A stretch of DNA of 64,000 nt, taken from the NCBI GenBank assembly GCA_040285825.1, contig JAUPSS010000002.1:310001-374000 (forward strand). The letters are read 5' to 3'. Made by a program: the position numbers and the translations under genes. The notes under the pieces are model-generated. The model did not search any database and was not told the origin of the DNA. It saw only the letters and a list, made by a program, of their open reading frames with translations. The DNA comes from Eukaryota sp. TZLM1-RC. Lineage: Eukaryota > Protista > Metamonada: BaSk clade. This document shows, piece after piece, positions 36,795 through 47,834 of the stretch; the first letter of the stretch is position 1, and each line of letters begins with the position of its first letter.

Positions 36795-36972
36795 TCTAGT
36801 TAGTGATCAATACTATTACTAAGTAATTGTGTGGGGGATCGACAGTTGTAAATAAAATACATTACAAAACAGTTTGGTTCTTTATTACTCTCCAAATTTC
36901 ATACATTAGCAAAACTTGAAAGCAAAAACTTGAAAGAAAATCACAATAAGAGTTTAACATATTGCATAAGAA

Positions 36973-37056
36973 ACGCCTTATTCTCACTCCCTAACTTCGC
37001 TTATTCTCAGTAGATTTAATGAATAAATCAGAAGTCAGGGAGTGAGAATATGGTGT
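36973..37056. repeat. Short inverted repeat (26-bp arms, 32-bp spacer), possible MITE relic
   Basis: ACGCCTTATTCTCACTCCCTAACTTC versus the reverse complement of GAAGTCAGGGAGTGAGAATATGGTGT (23/26). Confidence 0.65.
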
Positions 37057-38713
37057 CCCATTACATATCATTTAGCATACGCAATACGTAATACGTGGAT
37101 AACGATTCAATTTACAATACTTGATACGGCGGTAAAAGCTTTACAAGTTCGCTGGAGCATTGAAACCAATGACCAAATATGATCCACCAGTTCATCAATA
37201 TGATTTCCTTAGATCTATTTTCCACGAAGTGGATCCATTGTATTTGAAATTTATAATCGCGGGTAGGGTTATCGCAGAATGGCACAGTTTTTTTGGAGGC
37301 CGAACTAATGTGTTAGGACCCATCTGATGCCGAAATCTGGGAATATCTGCTCATTAGCACCCAGTATAATAATCAACCGATGTCGAAAAAGCCATGAGGT
37401 CAGTAAGACCACCCGAAATCAGCAGCAAAATGAGCGTTGAATCTTCGTAGTCGGCTTTTATAGAGCAGATTATTTGTATAATTAGCCGCTCTACCATTAT
37501 GCCCGGAACGGATGGCACTCCGTCAGTCGTCTACCCAGCCAAGAGGTTTCTTGCGACCATTAACGATAAAGCTAACAGGTAATTGATGGACAGATACATC
37601 ATTTAGATTGATAGGTTTAAAACAAGTAATGAGAAACTGGTAATGCCATTTTAAAATTAGGAACTTCATCAAGGTCAATAGCCTTGAATCCTCAACCAAA
37701 GACGTGAATTTAATTAGAACAGCTTTTGGCATACACCCCCCTGCGCAAACAGGTCGAAGCCAGTCAAAAAGTTCTTTTGAAACCTCAAAAGGAGAGTTTT
37801 AGAAGTGGTCGACCCAAATTTTCTGATCAATGGTTTAGTTTACGCAAAACTGATAAACATTCCGAGGAGAATTGCTTTAAAATAGTGGGAAACCCTGGTT
37901 CAAAAAAGCGTCAGGTAAGTTAAAAACGCGATAGTAAGCGTGATGCAAATAAATCAGATGAGTACACATCTTTAAATAAGAACAAGCTTACACAAAACAC
38001 AATCAGTACCATATATGATATAAGCACAATTCATTCGGTTTGCAAACACCTAAATCCATTAAAAAGATTTAGAGAGTTCTTCAAACCAGTAGGTTCTATC
38101 CACAGCGTAAAATTGTGCAGGGTAGCAAATAACCAAGAAAGTTCTAACGGGGAACTCTGATTAACCTGCACTATAAATAACGTGAAAGTACAAGGCGAAA
38201 ATGATAATGGAGCTGCATTCTCAGCATTATCAATGGAATTAGCCTTAAAATGTAATATGGCGGTTGATGACAATAAAACCGTTGAATACCTATCTACAAA
38301 TGGTATCGGCTCCACGACCCTAGGATCTGCAAGTGGCGTTCTCGCTCAAAATGTGGGTAGCATGGCCACTCAAGTGTTTTTAAGAATCGAATTTCAAATC
38401 ACTTCAGGAACCAATTATTTGATTGAAAGAGATCTATTACAAATTTTGGGACACGTACAGAGCACGGTATCAACATCAGTTCAGACCGCCAACATTGCAC
38501 CATCTCAAATGCAGAATGTGAGTTTGATGATAGAATTCATCAACCTATTAATTGTGTCGAACAAATTGATGATAAAACTATATTAGGTAATAGTATTGGG
38601 CACTACACATTCAAACATTGATTAGATGAGTTGAGCTGTAGAATATGCCTGGATTATATAAATGATGAGGAACGCCTAGTCTTGCTACTAGATGAATACA
38701 GAGATGTATTTAG

Positions 38714-40217
38714 TGTTGGCGCCCTAAAGCTTATATGTTATGATTAGAAAATAAATCAACTTTTCCTCATTATCTTTATCTCAACCACTTTTGCAACCTA
38801 AGGCAACAATAATTGTTGGCCATATTAGGTTATAGGTATACCACTTTGTTACAACACAGCTTTTCTACAGAGGATATCTTCAGCAGATATCATGTCAGTC
38901 CTTTTCAGCCAAAACACTGACACCGTTAAAACTAACATGCAGAAACATAACAGGTATGCAATTAGCATACCAACAGCAGTAGTAGGAGAAGTAGAAGAGA
39001 CTAGTAAGTCGAGGACTCGGGCTCGTGACCACCCTCCGCCCCTCCTCAAAGAAAAACGATGGAAACAGGCACGAAACCACCTCCCGCCTCTTCCAAATCA
39101 AAATAATGGAAACAGGCACGGAACCACCTCCCGCCTCTTCCAAATCCAACCTAATGCCACAAAAGGTTTCAGCAACGGGACCACACCCCTCCTCACCAAA
39201 AACGCAAATGTTGGTTCAAGTCCTGAAACTTCGACCGTCCTTCAAGGATATGAAAAACTTCAGTCCATTTTAGACGAACTGGATGACGAAGAGAAAGAAC
39301 TTCGCCAACAAATCGTGAAGGATGCGGAGGCTTACCTCGAACTTACAGATTACAGTTTGTTTGAGCAGCTGCCTTCCTTATGGAAGCAAATTTCAAAGAC
39401 AGAAAGATGACTCCAGTGATGGATTCTACAAACTCCTCACAAGGACACGAAGCTTTACCTCGAATCAATGTACTTTTATCCATTCGAGAAGCTCCCTTCC
39501 TTATGGAGACAAACACGAGAAAAGTCGACCAAATACGAGGTTACGAGTAGAAACTTCACCTCCACTGTTATTGTACTACAATGTAGAGATACGGTCCTTG
39601 CTCCTCTGATATTTTTAGTCGTAAAGGCAGTACTTTAACAACAAAAGACGCCGCCTTCAGGTTTCTAAAGTTTCTTACTTTGTTTACTGTTGTTGTTAAT
39701 CCAACATAGACCCTGCATGATCATCTGCGAATCCATTCTTCGATTCCATGATACCTATTCTAAACGACACTACCACGTTCCTCGCTTACGAAAAAGGGAA
39801 AAAGCAGAGCTTCTTTAAGCAACAATAAGAACATACACAACAAAGTATTCAAACACGCAGATCTTGGAACGAGGCCCTTTTCAGTTATTGCTTTCTACCT
39901 TATTCTAACATTATTGTAGGAGTCATTGTACATCAATTGTCGATCTTAAAAATGTGAAACCCAGTGTTTGTGTGAATCCCAATCACTACAAAGATAATTG
40001 TAAACAATAGCAAACATTAGAATTTAGTATTTAGTTTTAGTATTTATAGTTATTTAGTGATTTGTTATAGTTTTGTTTCATATTCATATAAGCTCATTTA
40101 TTTTGAAAAAGGGAAGAAGCAGTGTTGGCGCCCTAAGGCTTATATGTTATGATTAGAAAATAAATCAACTTTTCCTCATTATCTTTATCTCAACCACTTT
40201 TGCAACCTAAGGCAACA
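38714..40217 (+). mobile_element. Complete non-autonomous LTR element, family C (1504 bp)
   Basis: 95-bp LTRs 38714-38808 and 40123-40217 with one mismatch, 4-bp TSD TTAG, PPT AAAAGGGAAGAAG. No pol motifs. Confidence 0.92.
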
Positions 40218-40549
40218 TTAGTGGATTTCCTCACCCAGATGGAATAAATTGTCAGCCTATGAGCATTCCATTCTATGACGAAGTAAGATCGTCAAAGGTA
40301 AACCTCGAAGATTAAATCCAACTAAACAAAAGGTAGCCGAGGAAATTTTTAAGGAATTGATATGTAATGGATTTGCAATACCCGCAAAAACTGAATTCAG
40401 TAGTCCCATCTGTCTTGTGATTTACCCTGATCACAGAAAACCACGATTAACTGGCGATTTCAGTGGCAATGGTGGAGTAAATGATTTCACTAAACCTGTG
40501 GCAGCTAATTTGCCTAAAATTAGCGACATTTTAGGCTTTCTAAGTGAAG

Positions 40550-41724
40550 ATTACTATTTATTGAATTTGCACACTTAATTAAATTAACTCAATACTAATG
40601 GGACGACTATCATTGAACCAAGATTTCCTCTACAAAATCTTGATCTGCTTGCTGTCTAGCTAAAGCTTCTCTTATTCGATTGAAAAACCGTGGTAATCTA
40701 TTAATAATGGCAAATTGAATCCGTGAACGGCATAAAAAAATATCAAACCTTTTCATTGTTTTTTCTTGCACTATTTTTTGGAAGTCATTCAAAAAAGTTT
40801 CTGCTTGATCTGATAATCTTCCATTTATCGAAAATGGGAAAGCAATAAAAACCAGCTGTGTATTTCTATCGACATTTGCATCTTCAATATCTTTATCATA
40901 TTTTCTATGTTTCTCTTTTGCTTTAAAATCCAGAGCAGCAACAGGATTAAGTTTTCTTCTGTGAACCAAAGTATCATTTGCAACATTACATGAGACAAAG
41001 TCAACAATAGCTTCAGAATTATCAGTCCAATCACAGTATACATCACCTCTATCATCAGAACCAAAATTATTCAGAGAAAGTGTTTCCTTCAGCAGGGGCT
41101 CTTTGATACACGATATCCTTGCAGTTTGTGCCATATTGAAAACAGTGTCTCTAACAGCATCATGTAATGAAGAACGATAAGTTATCAATTTAGAGCAATT
41201 TAGAGCATGGCGCAAAGTGAGTTGAGGTGAATTCGAACAAATACATTTTTCTTTTGATAATAATTGATTAATGGGGATGTTCAAATATAATCTCATTTTT
41301 GTTACAAATGCTTCATTAGTGGCACACAATCCAAATCTTCGCGGTACAATGGTTACAAAAAGTGAAGAATCTGATGACTTGTTTTCACAAACACCCTTTT
41401 CCAACAACAATGAGTGAAGATCTTGATTTAAAACAGCCGAGCTGCATATATAATTATAAAGATCATTTTCATACATTCCAGTCAATCGTTTCTGTAATGT
41501 TCGAAGAGTGTACTTCAAATTTAAAACCTTCTTATCTGGAATATTGCCATTGAATGATTGGGGAAAGTATCGACCCCATTTTTCTGCATCAATTTTTGAA
41601 ATTTCTTCACTTAATGCACAAACAGTGGAACTTTGCGTTGCCATCAATAAATCTTCCCAATCTGCAAATCTTTCGGAAAACTCAAAGATTGCATTTCTGC
41701 ATCCACCAACAAAAGCACACGAGG
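40550..41724 (-). mobile_element. CRE-like RLE non-LTR family 1, longest copy (5'-truncated)
   Basis: ORF 40610-41647 with CIC...HALNC, HDAVRD, KEP, RGD, KHRKY and FPFSING motifs. 9-bp TSD TAAGTGAAG (40541-40549 and 41725-41733) splits the Ty3 RT at FLSE|ANY. Confidence 0.92.
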
Positions 41725-42144
41725 TAAGTGAAGCTAATTATATAACAACTTTAGATTTACCTAAGGCATTTTGGCAGCTCAAAAATACAAAACAAATATT
41801 GATAAAACTACCGTACCAATTCCCGGGATGTCGATCAGTTTTAAAAGGGCTTGTTTTGGTTTGAAGAACGTTCCTGCAGTCTTCCAAAACATGATGATGG
41901 AAATATTTAATTCTGAAGGTGTATTTTTATGGGTTTTATGGTAACGTCAACATTATCAGAAAGATAATCCTCCTTTCAAAATACCATTTATAACAATAAA
42001 CAAACCAGCAATTAAAAACGAAATCCAGTAAATAAAAACCATTTTAGTAGAAATTTTAGATGATATTATTTAATAGATAACATTTAATATCACTTGTTTT
42101 GAAAACCACTTCTCTATTTCAACATTGGCCCAAGCAATGTACCG

Positions 42145-43818
42145 ATGTTGCTCCAAGTCTCCAAGTTCAGCACCGCCGGACTTCCCTTTGGGTCGTCATC
42201 CTTAGCTTCTCTTTTGCGAGTACGTCTCACTATTGTACAAACTACTTCTAAACCATTGCCCAAAACACTGGTATCTCCTATTCTCAGCAAGTCAGCGATG
42301 TATAAATCATCAAATTTCTCCTGGGATGATTCTCTTCCCCTAGGAGTCTCCCCTTCTTCCATCGTCACTCCTGATGTTGCTCTTTTGTTTGAGCTGGTTT
42401 CACCTACTACATCCATACCCCGCAGCATCACTGTTGACTTCCCTTCCTTCAAAGGCTGGACAGTCTTTGCATGGGGCTTCTTCCTTCTCCACGACCCTCT
42501 GGCCAACATCAACTCTATTTGCAATAATCCTATTTCTCTTCAGTTGTTTGCCCCACCTTTCAATACCAAAACCTCGGTAGAAGAATGGTTTCAATTCAAG
42601 AAATCGGTTTTACTAAAGTATTGTTTAATTAATTCAAAGTTTGTTTTTGAATTCGATACCTATTCCCAACCAGAACATCTTCCTTCTCTCTGTACTCTCT
42701 CCCTCACTGAACCAACGGCAACTAATCAATCACTGACGTCATCAAGGGTCAAAAAGTCAGTTTTTTCTGAAAAACTGCTGTATTTACTTAGGAAATTCTC
42801 CTGTAGAACTTCAATTCATTGGTCAAGACCCTCTGAATTTAAACATTATCCTCTTTACTTACCCCTCAATTCGCAAAGAGTGGTTAACTCCCTTTTCTCC
42901 AAGTGTGGGAGGTTTTTAATCATTGCACTCAATGGCTCATTAATCAACCCAATTGTGATTTTAGAATCGGCAACCTTTAATCAACTTTGCGAACTTCCCG
43001 GCCACTTATCTACTATCACCGATTTAGCTTATACATGTGCATCAACCAATGGTAGACGTCGTTTCTTTGTCCTTTCCCTCTCTTTGGAAGGTGAAGTATC
43101 TTTGTGGAAGATCAAGGAGGTTGATGGAAGGTTGAGCTATGATAGATTCAATATTCATGTAGATGGTGGTCCAATTAAGGCAACTTTCCTTCAGAATGGT
43201 GACTGTCCATCATTTTTGATTGGTTGTGTTGGTAAGGATGGAATTATTTCTGTGTTGAAGTTTGATGGTAGAACTCTGTCCAACTTTTTCAAATATAATC
43301 CTGAATTGTTAATCAATCATCAATCAATCACGTCTACAAGTTCCACAATAGTTGCCTCTGACGACAAGGGCAGGCTGTTCGTTTACACTATTTCAAGTGA
43401 CAAATTGGTTCTAGATTCATATATTCAACTCAACGATACCAATCATTTTGTGATTGATCACGTCATAAGTCAGGAAAGCTCAAACCTGATTCTGGCAGTT
43501 GCTTCTTCTTCTGGAGCAGCTTTTCTTGTAGATATTATTCATGCGTTTGTTGTGCAACGTATTGACATTCCAACAATGACAGTCCCTTGTCTATCCCCTG
43601 ATAGTTCTCAGTTGTACTTAGTAAGTCAAGGGTATTTGCAAGCGGTTGAGGTTCATTCTGGGGAAAAGCTTAAGCTGTTGAATTTCAATGTTCCTCAATC
43701 ACGTCATCAATCATTTTTGATTGGTCATCACCCACTATGGCATTCGATTTCTGTCATTGATCTGTTTGATAATAGTTTGGCTATCTTTGTGGGTACTGAG
43801 ATTGAATTTAATACTTGA
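42145..43818 (+). CDS. AHI1: Jouberin/AHI1-like transition-zone WD40 protein
   Basis: LLFEL...FAWGF...ANINS...LQLFAPP followed by FSKCGRFL...PIVI...ELPGHLSTITDL, the order I recall for AHI1. The true start may lie upstream. Confidence 0.65.
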   Translation: MLLQVSKFSTAGLPFGSSSLASLLRVRLTIVQTTSKPLPKTLVSPILSKSAMYKSSNFSWDDSLPLGVSPSSIVTPDVALLFELVSPTTSIPRSITVDFPSFKGWTVFAWGFFLLHDPLANINSICNNPISLQLFAPPFNTKTSVEEWFQFKKSVLLKYCLINSKFVFEFDTYSQPEHLPSLCTLSLTEPTATNQSLTSSRVKKSVFSEKLLYLLRKFSCRTSIHWSRPSEFKHYPLYLPLNSQRVVNSLFSKCGRFLIIALNGSLINPIVILESATFNQLCELPGHLSTITDLAYTCASTNGRRRFFVLSLSLEGEVSLWKIKEVDGRLSYDRFNIHVDGGPIKATFLQNGDCPSFLIGCVGKDGIISVLKFDGRTLSNFFKYNPELLINHQSITSTSSTIVASDDKGRLFVYTISSDKLVLDSYIQLNDTNHFVIDHVISQESSNLILAVASSSGAAFLVDIIHAFVVQRIDIPTMTVPCLSPDSSQLYLVSQGYLQAVEVHSGEKLKLLNFNVPQSRHQSFLIGHHPLWHSISVIDLFDNSLAIFVGTEIEFNT

Positions 43819-44523
43819 AAATTTTGTTTATTTATTTCAGAATCAGTTCTTTTTCTAGTTTCTATGTATTATTTATTCTTTTTGAATGTAAATTATTTCT
43901 TTTTTTTTATTTATTTTTATTTTTTACGTCTCAATTGTTTACGATTATATTGTCTGTTTTATTTGCAAATTTAAATGAAGTTGTATCTTTTTTACCAATT
44001 TTTTTTAATGTCATTGTTGTTCTAATGAAACCCTAAACAACATTTCCGAGTTGAAATCAAATGGAAGTATAGATAGTTTGTCGAATGACCTTGTAGTTAC
44101 CTCAGACTGACCATGGACGCAAACAGTCAAGTACTACTGAAAATTTCAAAAGCAAGCTCATCTGTCTGAACATTTCAATAATTTAATTGAAGAATAATCT
44201 GTTTTTACTAATTGTAATAGAAAATATTTTCATGTAATATATATGAGCAATTTTAATTGAGATAACTAAATGCATGGAAATTTTCATAATAATGCAAAAC
44301 AGTCATTCTTTAATCCAAAATATCACCTCGAACATCAAGATCAAAAATGCGAACACCACTTTGGATCACGTATCTGTTAGCAGCAGAACAAATGAAAACG
44401 GCATTTCGTATGCTCAAGCAGCAATGTTGAGATGTGGACTTGGTGTAAATGACGACAGAGCATGGTCTTGTGAAATGCAAAGCAATAACTAATTACAATT
44501 TATTTACAGAAAAACATCAACAT

Positions 44524-45525
44524 TCACTCCCATTGATTTAAAACGACTCTACCCCACAAATGAAACAATTTTCTCCCATATTCCTCAGTGGAAAGAAAAG
44601 GTAAAGAAAGTTCAATAATATCCACTAAAGGCTTCTGCTGTAGACCTTTTTTAAACAAAAGCTCTCTTGATAGAAACTGCTTAAGAACTTTGCGAGTTAA
44701 ATTCGAATATTTAGTCACAGTTACAGCTTTAACACTGACAGATTTAATACTGATACAAGAGATCTTTCTCCCATAGACCTCAAACACTTGGTTAGTAATG
44801 AAGTAAGCAAATGCCAATTCCTCGCAAACAAAGGAATCCCATTCGGCAGGAGCACCAGAAAACAAATGTTCAACAAAAGGTAACATCGTATTGAACAGTT
44901 TCCAACAATCATTAAAAACATCACCCCCCACTCCTCCTTCATTTCTAAGCAAACGTGAGAGCCATGACGAGGGACACGAGGAGGGGATGGTAAAATGAGA
45001 TGAAGATCTGTCAGCAAGTACTTTAAAGCTTGTCTTTGTGATTGGGTATTGTGCTATGCAACACAATTGAGCGACGGTTACTGGTTCCTGGTGCTGCCTA
45101 CATGCAATAAACAAACAAACAGCAGCTACAGTTTGCCTTCTACATCGATTCCCCAACGTTTTCTTTCTCTTCATCAAAGGTACATATTCCGAGGCTTTAT
45201 CGACTAGAAACCGTGACAAGCCCAAGATATTGGCCAGTCTTTGTACAATTTTTTGAGTTGCAGAATTGCGACTCCAACCAGAACCCATCATTGAAACACT
45301 TCGTGGAAGAGATGTCGAAATGGGTTGTTCAGCCAGAGTTTTTTGAGAGGAGACGAAAGATCCTATTATGTGGTTATGTTTATCTCTTTGTTCTTGATGT
45401 AGTTCGCCACCTTGGCCAGTGAGAAACCCACAATCCAGACAAACAAATTGACCAGATAATATGTCACAGAGCGCACCTCCACAGTGTTGACATTTGGAAG
45501 AGTCACATTGAAGTAAAGGGGTCAT
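44524..45525 (-). CDS. TFIIB-related factor (BRF-like)
   Basis: N-terminal Zn ribbon CQHCG...CLDCG and cyclin-fold AAVCLFIACRQ motif. Confidence 0.75.
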   Translation of the reverse strand: MTPLLQCDSSKCQHCGGALCDILSGQFVCLDCGFLTGQGGELHQEQRDKHNHIIGSFVSSQKTLAEQPISTSLPRSVSMMGSGWSRNSATQKIVQRLANILGLSRFLVDKASEYVPLMKRKKTLGNRCRRQTVAAVCLFIACRQHQEPVTVAQLCCIAQYPITKTSFKVLADRSSSHFTIPSSCPSSWLSRLLRNEGGVGGDVFNDCWKLFNTMLPFVEHLFSGAPAEWDSFVCEELAFAYFITNQVFEVYGRKISCISIKSVSVKAVTVTKYSNLTRKVLKQFLSRELLFKKGLQQKPLVDIIELSLPFLSTEEYGRKLFHLWGRVVLNQWE

Positions 45526-46279
45526 AAAGATGAAGAGCTAACAGTCTAATCAGAGATGACTGGTGCAGAACCCACCTCTAAAGATGGGATGTGAAAGGGG
45601 AGAGGAAACTCAGGACCATCCACAGAAGTTGAAAGATATTGTGATTTGAAACTTCAATTCTGCATCGCTACCAATATTCTTTGGGAATTTTTTGGTTCTT
45701 TTTGTCCTCCTTTTGAACAAAATTTCGTAAATAATAATTAAGTGTGCAAATTCAATAAATAATGCATCGCTATTGACAATTCAGTAACAAGACTTTTTTG
45801 GAAATGCTTATTGAAAGAATGAATTATACAATGCTCCCAAATTAAATCACTTATTTTATACTTGCTGTTTCAATCCGCCAGTGTTTTGTCTTTTCGGTTT
45901 GATAAATTAAGGGAGAAGCACAATTATTATGGAATCTAACACACACCCCATACTGAATAGAGTTTCTACTGAATACAAAAATAGACACAAAAATTATTGT
46001 TTATAAAGCTAAAACAATTTGAACAAAAGAGTCCAAATCCCGCTTTCGGAAATTGTTTAAAAACATTCGTAATACTTCTGCTACGGCTATTGTTACCTAA
46101 ATTCCCATTATTTCCGGACTTTTACTGGAAAAAAATGAATGGTTAATAAACATAAGTTTTCTTTTTTCCAAACAGATTGCCTAATCAATTGAAGTGTAAA
46201 TGTGGAAAACCTCTTTTGTTTACTCATCCCTTCAAATGTAGACAATTTATTACTTAAAAAAATAAAGTACATAATAATG

Positions 46280-46830
46280 AAAGAGACCAAGTTATTGTCA
46301 TGTGTAAATCTTATCGAGTAGAATCCTTTTTAGAACCATTGTTATCAAAACTCATTCTCGAAGACCCCATTATTGATAGTACTCAATACAATAGATCTTC
46401 TATATGTGTGACAAGAGGTGATTTGGGTGTTCCTGGCCTAAATGAAACTCACTATTTTTGAGGCTATGTCAATTGACTCTTGTAATTCTTGTGATGAACG
46501 TTTAATTAATTCTGATGTCAATACTGCTGTTCTTACTAAGGCATAATACAAAATTGCTCAATACGCGAAATTTATTTCTTCTGTCAACGAAAATTCTCAT
46601 GTCCAATAAAATCATGTCCTTTTTTTCTCTGGTCCATTCTCTAGAAGGAATGCTTTTACATTCCTTGAAAATTGCTGTGTAGTCGCAAAGGAATGTACTG
46701 GAAGTATTTTGAATAGTGTTAATAGGCAACATAGAATTATTTTATATTATAATTTATGTTTGTTTTCTCAATTTAAAAGGGAATGGTGAAGTTATTTTCT
46801 GATCCATCTTTTCGAGTAATTAGATTTACA
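46280..46830 (+). mobile_element. Heavily decayed CRE-like family 2 relative
   Basis: RDQVIVMCKSYRVESFLEPLLSK...RGDLGVPGLN. Confidence 0.6.
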
Positions 46831-46844
46831 AAAAATTCAATGAC

Positions 46845-47699
46845 CCTCCACACTTAATAAAATAAACTCATAACTAATGGGACGAAATTCATTGAACCAA
46901 GATTTCCTCTACAAAATCTTGATCTGCTTGCTGTCTAGCTAAGCTTCTCTAATTCGGTTGAAAAACCGAGGTAATGTATTAATAATGGCAAATTGAATCC
47001 GAGAGCGCCATAAAAAATATCAAATCTTTTCATTGTTTTTTCTTGAACCATTTATTGGAAATCATTCAAAAAGGTTCCTGCTTCTACTGATAGTCTTCCT
47101 TTTATAGAAAATGGGAGATCAATAATATCAAGTGGTCTATTTCTATCAGCATTAGCTTCTTCGATATTTTTGTCTTATTTTCTATGTTTCTTCTTGGCTT
47201 AGGATTCAAGAGCATCTACAGGATTAAGTTTTCTTCTGGGAACCAAAGTGTCATTTGCAACATTACATGAGACAAAGTCACTAACAGCTTCAGAGTTCTC
47301 ATTCTATTCACAGTATACATCACCTCTATCATCAGAACCAAAATTATTCAGAGAAAGTGTTTCCTTCAGCAGGGGCTCTTTGATACACGATATCCTTGCA
47401 GTTTGTGCCATATTGAAAACAGTGTCTCTAACAGCATCATGTAATGAAGAACGATAGGTTATCAATTTAGAACAATTCAGAGCATGACGCAAAGTGAGTT
47501 GAGGTGAATTCGAACAAATACATTTTTCTTTTTATAATAATTGGTTAATGGGGATATTCAAATATAATCTCATTTTTGTTACTAACGCTGCATTATTTGC
47601 AGATAGTCCAAATTTTCGTGGCACAATGGTCACAAACAATAAAGAATATGATGACTGATTTTCCAACAACAATGAGTGGAGATCTTGATTTAAAACAGC
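46845..47699 (-). mobile_element. CRE-like family 1, decayed copy
   Basis: Colinear with 40560-41440. Confidence 0.85.
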
Positions 47700-47830
47700 T
47701 GATGCTGTGTGGTTGGACATAACAGAATAGAGATAAAAGATATTTATTAAAATTCATCGGCCCTTATGAAGGCCATCACTAGTGAAGTATCTTATAAAAA
47801 ATGTACTAGACTAATTGTTTACAGTTCAAC
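47700..47830 (-). repeat. LTR family B copy
   Basis: Similar to 21314-21431 and 62198-62333. Confidence 0.75.
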
Positions 47831-47834
47831 CCTA

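Larger units (their letters stand above)
37100..41930 (+). mobile_element. Ty3/gypsy family B gag-PR-RT relic carrying two nested insertions
   Basis: Homologous to about 17.3-19.5 kb. Interrupted at 38714-40217 and 40550-41724. Confidence 0.85.
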
